Assembly (NCBI GenBank): GCA_041641295.1
Contig: JBEPYO010000001.1
Coordinates: 608,001 to 672,000, forward strand
Origin: Nitrososphaerota archaeon
GTDB taxonomy: Archaea > Thermoproteota > Nitrososphaeria_A > Caldarchaeales > Calditenuaceae
Reading direction: 5' to 3'
DNA: 64,000 nucleotides
Positions 58,227 through 64,000 of this stretch are shown piece by piece. Numbering within the stretch: position 1 is the first letter of the stretch; each line of letters starts with the position of its first letter. Under the pieces are notes generated by a model that was given only the letters and a program-made list of their open reading frames with translations, had not been told where the DNA came from and ran no database searches. The position numbers were made by a program, and so were the translations under genes.

Positions 58227-59474
58227 TTAGGCAATCCTCCTGACCCTTGAGGCCCCAACTTCTTCGCTGATCCTGACCAGCTCGTTGGCCTTGGCAATCC
58301 TTTCACCTCCCAGAACACCAGCCTTAATCACCTTACACCCCATTCCAACCGCAAGGTGCGAGAGATAGGCGTCGGTTGTCTCGCCTGACCTGTGGGAAGC
58401 GACAGGCACGGCACCACCCTTTAGGCAGGCCTCTACGGCGCCCCAAGTCTGGTATAGGCTCCCAACCTGGTTGGGCTTGATGATGGCCGCGTTGATAGCT
58501 CCCTTCTTGAGGCAGTCCTCGATCAGTTCTCGCCGCGTAACAACTAGGTCGTCGCCGCAGATTAGAGTGTTGGGTAGGCGTTTTCTCAGTTCGGCGAAGG
58601 CGTCTGGGTCATCCTCCAAGAATGGATCCTCTATGTATACTAGGTTTGCCTTTCCCGCCAACTCTTCGATGTAGTTTATGAATCCTTCACGGTCCAAGTA
58701 GAGGCCCTGGCTCTTCAAGACATATCTCCGCGAGGACTCATCATATATGCTCCCAGCAGCAACATCTAAGCCCACGCCTATCCTAATACCCATCTCGTCA
58801 CCGACCCTCTGGGCAGCCTCCTTAACAGCTTCAAGGGCAGCCTCTACAGAGATAGGCGGGGCATAGCCGCCCTCATCGCCTTTCCCAAGTGGGAACCCGC
58901 TCACCCGCTTCGACAGTATTTCTCCAAGCCTCCTATGCACCCTGATGTTGGCCTCCACCGCCTCGTGGATTGTCTTCGGGTTCAGCGGTATGACGAGATA
59001 CTCTTGGATCTCTGGCGCGCCTTGGCCGGCGTGTTTCCCACCTCCTAACACGTTGCCTAGTGGTAGCGGAAGTGCAGGCTCCTGCCCTGTCTCACGGGCG
59101 ATGAGTTTGTAGAGTGGCTCGCCTCGTAGAGCTGCGTAAGCAGATAGCACTGCGACCGAGACCGCGAGTGCTGTGTTCCCTCCAATGCCTGAGTAGTTGG
59201 GGGTACCGTCAATCTCTTGCAGCAGCTTATCAAACTCGATGAAGCCGGTGTATTCGTGTCCAACCAGCCTCGGGGCAACCCTCTCCCTCAATACCTTGAC
59301 GGCAGCCTCGGGGCCTCCTACCGGATAAGGCTCCACCTCCCTCTTACCCCTGCTCTTACCTGCGGGTGCCGCCGCGCGTCCTTTCACCCCGTCTACAACC
59401 GCCTCTACCTCTATCGTCTTATCTCCTCGAGAGTCGAAGACCACCCTACCAGACAGGCCTGTTATCCGCCCCAA
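58227..59474 (-). CDS. eno: enolase
   Basis: DSRGDKT.E, GDEGGY, IKPNQVG, SHRSGET, ERIAK. TTG start placed at 59474. Confidence 0.93.
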   Translation of the reverse strand: MGRITGLSGRVVFDSRGDKTIEVEAVVDGVKGRAAAPAGKSRGKREVEPYPVGGPEAAVKVLRERVAPRLVGHEYTGFIEFDKLLQEIDGTPNYSGIGGNTALAVSVAVLSAYAALRGEPLYKLIARETGQEPALPLPLGNVLGGGKHAGQGAPEIQEYLVIPLNPKTIHEAVEANIRVHRRLGEILSKRVSGFPLGKGDEGGYAPPISVEAALEAVKEAAQRVGDEMGIRIGVGLDVAAGSIYDESSRRYVLKSQGLYLDREGFINYIEELAGKANLVYIEDPFLEDDPDAFAELRKRLPNTLICGDDLVVTRRELIEDCLKKGAINAAIIKPNQVGSLYQTWGAVEACLKGGAVPVASHRSGETTDAYLSHLAVGMGCKVIKAGVLGGERIAKANELVRISEEVGASRVRRIA

Positions 59475-59689
59475 CCACTTCCTCCCCCGCCAGATGCTAC
59501 GGAGAACTCTAAGAAGCTGTCTATGACCTCCACGTGGGAAAGGAACATCCTCCTGCAGCAGTACCTCTTGACTCCCAGAGAATCGAGAGCTTCTGCGGGC
59601 TTCATGCCAGACTTGACAAGCTTGTTGTACCGCTCCCATAGATGCCCTATAGGCGCTCCACAGCTAAAACACCTGATGGGGAACAACAT
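59462..59689 (-). CDS. rpoN: DNA-directed RNA polymerase subunit N (Rpo10)
   Basis: PIRCFSCG...RYCCRRM. Confidence 0.96.
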   Translation of the reverse strand: MLFPIRCFSCGAPIGHLWERYNKLVKSGMKPAEALDSLGVKRYCCRRMFLSHVEVIDSFLEFSVASGGGGSGWGG

Positions 59690-59789
59690 GTTCACTCGAC
59701 TAGTCCTAAGTGGCAGGATAAAAATTAGGGCCCAAGGGCGGGTCCCTCCCCAACCCATATTTATATGGGCGGGAGACATTGAAGGGTGA

Positions 59790-60611
59790 ATGTCCTCAAC
59801 CCGCGTCTCGACAGGCATCCCAACCCTCGACAGGATAACTGGAGGTGGGCTGATACCCGGCAAGACATACCTTGTCACAGGAGAGACGGGCGTGGGGAAG
59901 ACCATCCTCTCCCTCCACTTTTTGATGGAGGGGCTTAGGAGGGGTGAGAAGGTGTCCTATGTCTCGCTTGATGAAAGGATTAACGGCGTGCTTGACGGCG
60001 CCCTGACGCTTGGCTGGGACTTCTGGACCCCATACAGGGAGGGCAGGTTCTTCCCATTCGAGATACGCATCTACTCGGAGGACCTTGGCCGCTACAGGAA
60101 GGATAGCAGGGCGTATATCGACACCATAATCAAGATGACGCGGGGAGGAGAGGTCTCGCGGATAGTCCTCGACCCCATATCCGCAATGGCCTTCGGAGCA
60201 GCCGACGAATATGCAGTCCGCGAATATATCCGCGAAATCATAGTCTACTTGGAGGAGAAGATAGGTGCAACCACCATACTGACGTGTGACATCCCCTCAG
60301 GCTCTACACAGCTCAGCAGGTTCGGATACGAGGAGTACCTCTCATCGGGTGTAATCGTCCTCGGCCTAGTCAACCTAGATGGCCGCCTGGTGCGGACCCT
60401 GCTGGTGAGGAAGATGCGCTGGTCTCCTGCAGACCACTCTATCTACACCTTCGAGATAGTTAGGGGCCGGGGGATAATCATCGGACCCACGCTTAGGGCT
60501 CTTCAGCAGAGGATGGCAGTGCCTGGGGCAGCCAACTCGCCGACCACTAGGGCTCAAGGTGTTCAGGCAGGCTCGTCTGAGGGGGCTACGAGAGACTCCT
60601 CCCCAATATAG
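59790..60611 (+). CDS. KaiC/RAD55-family RecA-superfamily ATPase
   Basis: STGIPTLD, GETGVGKT, RIVLD, VRKMR. Confidence 0.88.
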   Translation: MSSTRVSTGIPTLDRITGGGLIPGKTYLVTGETGVGKTILSLHFLMEGLRRGEKVSYVSLDERINGVLDGALTLGWDFWTPYREGRFFPFEIRIYSEDLGRYRKDSRAYIDTIIKMTRGGEVSRIVLDPISAMAFGAADEYAVREYIREIIVYLEEKIGATTILTCDIPSGSTQLSRFGYEEYLSSGVIVLGLVNLDGRLVRTLLVRKMRWSPADHSIYTFEIVRGRGIIIGPTLRALQQRMAVPGAANSPTTRAQGVQAGSSEGATRDSSPI

Positions 60612-61888
60612 ACCTCACGCTCACCCCAAGGATTCTTTACAACCCTGACGAAGTGTAGAACTACCTGCTCCCCCTCCCGGACCTCCTCCAACATCTTTAC
60701 AGCCTCACCCCACGCCTTACAGAATATCGATCCAGACATATCCTTGAGCCAGAAGCTTGAGAAATCAGTCTCACCCTTCTTGGTCTTCATGCGGGTGGTG
60801 GGCGACTTGGAGAAAACCTCACCTTGGACGGAAGCGTCAACCATACCTGCGCGCAAATCCCCTATTGCCTGTATCTTGGGCCGAGGCTCAGCCTCAACAT
60901 GGGCCGGCTCATACTCTAGGGGAATGATTGCCCAGCCCTTACCGACCCGTGTGTAACGCATCTCCCTAACAGATATGAGCTGGCCGGGGCTGATGTCCTC
61001 TGAATAAACCCTCTCAACCCCGTCTTGGGTTATGCCTAGTAGCATTCCCTGTTGTGGGAGCCTGCGTTCGATTTTGAGTAGCACCGGCTCCTGTGGGGGT
61101 AGAGGTGGTATGAATATGCTGGAGCGCGATGTTGTTGATAGAGTTCCGCCTGGAGACCATTTTGCCCCGGCGACATATGCTATCTTACCGATACTAGATT
61201 CGTCTAGGAGGCCCACATGATCCCTCCACAGACTGAGTTCAGCCTTAACGCCACGCCATCCAATGAGCAAGTCTCTAACACCCACAGCCTCACCCTTCAC
61301 AGAGACACTCCTCGCCTCAGAGAACCCGAGAATAACGGCCTTAAAGTCTACGGTCCCACGCGCCTCAAAAACCTCGGGCAACTCGGCGAAGAAATGCTCA
61401 AGGGGAGGAAGACCCGGCCCAGCCTCGGATATCTCGGCATGCTCGCCGAGATGTACCTCAACCGCGCCATCGGGCCTCTCACGGGTATAAGCTCCTCTCA
61501 CCAAGATGCTCTTACCAATGGCCACGTTAGCAGCCTCAAGCCTACTTACCGCATCACCCCACGCAACGGCGTCTACAACCCCCGAGTCGTCTCCGAGCCT
61601 GAGGTAAACGACTGGGGGCTCGCGCCTAGGCCTAGACACCCCTATCACTCTGGCCTCAATATTCACCGACCCAAGCCCGCCCACAAGCTTAGACAAAGCA
61701 ACGGTAGAAGAGCCCTGCCTAAGGCCCTCAAACAACCCAAGCTCGCCGGCCACAATATAGAGGGCTCCGAGGCGAGTCAGCCTCGGGTCCTCAGAAACCC
61801 TCCTCTCAACCTCCACCTCGATCTCCTCCCGCTTATCCTCCCCCACGAGGCTCAGAACACGCCTCAAAAGCGCCTCATAATCACTCAT
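60563..61888 (-). CDS. multi-OB-fold replication protein A (ssDNA-binding)
   Basis: Repeated OB patterns (LGDDSG...AWG; LKDMSG...AWG) and an N-terminal helical domain. Confidence 0.75.
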   Translation of the reverse strand: MSDYEALLRRVLSLVGEDKREEIEVEVERRVSEDPRLTRLGALYIVAGELGLFEGLRQGSSTVALSKLVGGLGSVNIEARVIGVSRPRREPPVVYLRLGDDSGVVDAVAWGDAVSRLEAANVAIGKSILVRGAYTRERPDGAVEVHLGEHAEISEAGPGLPPLEHFFAELPEVFEARGTVDFKAVILGFSEARSVSVKGEAVGVRDLLIGWRGVKAELSLWRDHVGLLDESSIGKIAYVAGAKWSPGGTLSTTSRSSIFIPPLPPQEPVLLKIERRLPQQGMLLGITQDGVERVYSEDISPGQLISVREMRYTRVGKGWAIIPLEYEPAHVEAEPRPKIQAIGDLRAGMVDASVQGEVFSKSPTTRMKTKKGETDFSSFWLKDMSGSIFCKAWGEAVKMLEEVREGEQVVLHFVRVVKNPWGEREVYIGEESLVAPSDEPA

Positions 61889-62019
61889 CCCACATACCAG
61901 TCCCGAACCCGGCATTTATACCCTGAAGACCCATGTCTCGATGTAGGGGCTAAGGAATCGATGACCGCACGGTCCCCTAGAATAGAAAAGCATATAATCA
62001 TGTACAATTAAAAAGGTAC

Positions 62020-62424
62020 GTGGCAGTCAGAACTAGGCCTACAGGTGTAACAATTCTAGCGATTCTGGAGATAATAGGTGCGATATTGTCTCTGCTGGGT
62101 GCCGTGTTTTTCTTTACTATTGGAGCATTAGCAGGAGTGGCCCCAGCGGCAGGTCCTTTGGGCGGCTTATTCGCGGTGATCGGGGTCGCCTTTGGCGGGC
62201 TGCTTTTAATCTTGGCCCTAATAGGGTTTGTGCTTGCCTATGGTTTCTGGACGGGGAAGGGTTGGGCGTGGATTCTTGGAATAATATTCTCGATAATCGG
62301 GATAATAATTGGTCTGGCCTCTATTATCGGTAACCCCGCTAGCATAGTAGGCATAATAATAAACGTCTTGATAATATACTATTTGACTAGGCCGCATGTA
62401 AAGGCGTGGTTTGGAAAAGCATAG
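62020..62424 (+). CDS. small multi-pass membrane protein
   Basis: RPTGVTILAIL, GKGWAW, YYLTRPHVKAWF. Confidence 0.8.
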   Translation: MAVRTRPTGVTILAILEIIGAILSLLGAVFFFTIGALAGVAPAAGPLGGLFAVIGVAFGGLLLILALIGFVLAYGFWTGKGWAWILGIIFSIIGIIIGLASIIGNPASIVGIIINVLIIYYLTRPHVKAWFGKA

Positions 62425-62452
62425 TAGGTATACTAGCACACCACTCCTTTTT

Positions 62453-64000
62453 TTAGCTTGGTTTTTCAAAGTATAATATGTCAAGCGGGTGAAATACCTT
62501 CATATGTGCACCATCCTCTATGTGGATTGCGCAGACACTGCTCTCGGTGACTATGGCCTCGACACCTCTTGAGGCGAAGAGTTCGAAGAGCCTAACACCC
62601 ATGGTCTTGGAGAGCCCTCTTCCGATTGGGCCGTGCTTCATTCCAAACGTCCCAGCCATACCACAGCACATGCCATCCTCGATGACCTCTGCCTCCAATC
62701 CTGCAGCGCGCATGAGGGCCACAATATTCTCAGCGCCTGATAGAGGCCTCTGGTGGCACGGCACATGGATGCCGTAGCGCTTCTCGGAGCGGGCTTTCAC
62801 CGCCAACACACCCTCACCAACCAGTCTCCTAAGGACTTGGAGGGCCTCTACAGTGTTTCTCGAAAGGGCCTCAGCCCTCTCATCACCCTTCAGCAGGTAG
62901 GGGTATATGTGTTTCAGTGTGTAGGTCGCGGTGGGCTCGATCGAGACGATACTGTACCCCTGCTCGACATAGCTTGAGAGAAGCTCCACATTCTTGACCG
63001 CGTATTTCTTGGCGCCATCCCAGTCCCCGTAGGCTATTAGTGGATACCCTGAGGTGAGCTGAGGGGGTAGCTCAACCTTCACTCCGGCGAGCTGGAGAGC
63101 TATGACAAGGCTCTCAGCAATCTCCGGCCTACAATAGTTCGGGAAAAAGTCCAAGAAAAGTGCAACGCGGGCCCGTGGGATAGGAACCTCCTGCCTAATA
63201 CGGTTGAATCTCTTGACAAATGTCTCTCTCCTAAACTCTGGGAGTGGTGCTGTGCGGTCGAGGCCGACCAGCTTTTCGAGCAGGAAGCGCGAGGCGCGGG
63301 ATTTTAAGACCCAGTTGCTCACTGGGGCAAGCTGGGATGCAAGCTTTCCGAGGGCCTCGTACCTCATCATCGACCTGTCAGCCTTGGGATAGCCATACCT
63401 CGATGCCAAGAGATTCTTAACCCTCGAGATCATGAGCGGTATGTTGATGGAGATGGGGCAGACCTCTTTGCAGAGCCCGCATGATATGCAGAGATGGGCG
63501 AAGGATGCCTCCCCCAGCCCGTGGATGTTGGCGGTCCAAGGTATGCCGATAGGCCCAGGATATATGTGGCCGAAGATGTGGCCGCCTGTAACGCTGTAGG
63601 GTGCGCATACGTTCATACAGGCGCCGCACCTTATGCAGTATAGAGCCTCCCTGAAGACGTCGTCACCCACCATCCTGCTTCTTCCATTGTCTAGTATGAC
63701 TATGTGCATCTCGCGGGAGCCGTTACCAGCCATAGGAGACCTCCCAGCCATGATGGAGACATATGTAGTGAGTCTCTGCCCCGTCGCAGCGACGGCATGC
63801 GCCCTAGCAAGTATGAGAGCTTCTTCGACCGTCTCAACTATCTTCTCCATGCCGACTAGGACTATCTGGACACGGGGGAGGCTGGAGGTTAGCCTACCGT
63901 TACCCTCGTTCGTTTCTAGGACCACCGCACCCATCTCGGCAATGGCCACGTTGGCTCCGTTGAGGCCTATATCGGCCGTGAGAAAGACTTCGCGGAGTCT
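62453..64000 (-). CDS. LutB/LldF-like FeS oxidoreductase fused to CCG domains, 5' end outside the window
   Basis: NEGNG, CIRCGACMNVC, YPGPIG, CISCGLCKEVCP, HVPCH, CCGMAG. The frame is open to base 64000. Confidence 0.88.
   Translation of the reverse strand, partial: RLREVFLTADIGLNGANVAIAEMGAVVLETNEGNGRLTSSLPRVQIVLVGMEKIVETVEEALILARAHAVAATGQRLTTYVSIMAGRSPMAGNGSREMHIVILDNGRSRMVGDDVFREALYCIRCGACMNVCAPYSVTGGHIFGHIYPGPIGIPWTANIHGLGEASFAHLCISCGLCKEVCPISINIPLMISRVKNLLASRYGYPKADRSMMRYEALGKLASQLAPVSNWVLKSRASRFLLEKLVGLDRTAPLPEFRRETFVKRFNRIRQEVPIPRARVALFLDFFPNYCRPEIAESLVIALQLAGVKVELPPQLTSGYPLIAYGDWDGAKKYAVKNVELLSSYVEQGYSIVSIEPTATYTLKHIYPYLLKGDERAEALSRNTVEALQVLRRLVGEGVLAVKARSEKRYGIHVPCHQRPLSGAENIVALMRAAGLEAEVIEDGMCCGMAGTFGMKHGPIGRGLSKTMGVRLFELFASRGVEAIVTESSVCAIHIEDGAHMKVFHPLDILYFEKPS

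Noticed and set aside
59462-59500. RpoN ends in SGGGGSGWGG, resembling a ubiquitin-type diglycine tail
   Set aside because: The tail coincides with the G-rich SD and start region of the overlapping enolase gene, which is enough to explain it.
61217-62011. 264-aa plus-strand ORF
   Set aside because: It is antisense to the RPA gene, with Pro/His-rich shadow composition. The same applies to 29132..29773, 34730..35302, 35502..36197 and 48117..48713.
1-64000. CRISPR arrays, rRNA genes, transposases/integrases, and att-like tRNA fragment duplications
   Set aside because: No regularly spaced repeats, rRNA-like tracts or recombinase motifs were seen by eye. No duplicated tRNA-Arg end was found upstream of the 9266 gene.

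Overview
This is an archaeal chromosomal segment. The gene content (csl4-rpoL-tfs, rpoN-eno-rps2, CdvB-like ESCRT-III, Sec61beta, LysW-dependent Lys/Arg pathway, a ubiquitin-like protein) suggests a thermophilic TACK archaeon, possibly Aigarchaeota/Caldarchaeales (inference). Most of it is housekeeping or metabolic: a group 3b [NiFe]-hydrogenase operon, glmS, thrC, proS, two ABC transporters, argH with lysKJXW and lysZY-argX, RLI, a CoxL-like molybdoenzyme subunit, RPA and a LutB-like fusion. Three tRNAs are present: His-GTG, Arg-CCT with a non-canonical 45/46 intron, and Ala-CGC with a 37/38 intron. The most notable observations are: (1) an AT-rich islet encoding a DCC-type thioredoxin / Tat-like signal / 12-Cys peptide fusion (halocin C8-like precursor) plus a candidate immunity gene; (2) two paralogous free-standing LAGLIDADG genes, each converging on the 3' end of a tRNA gene; (3) two genes missing from the ORF track, a CTG-initiated rpoL and a 56-aa histone-H1-tail-like protein; (4) a solo eukaryote-style ubiquitin-like gene. 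All family assignments come from motif recognition by eye; no searches were run.
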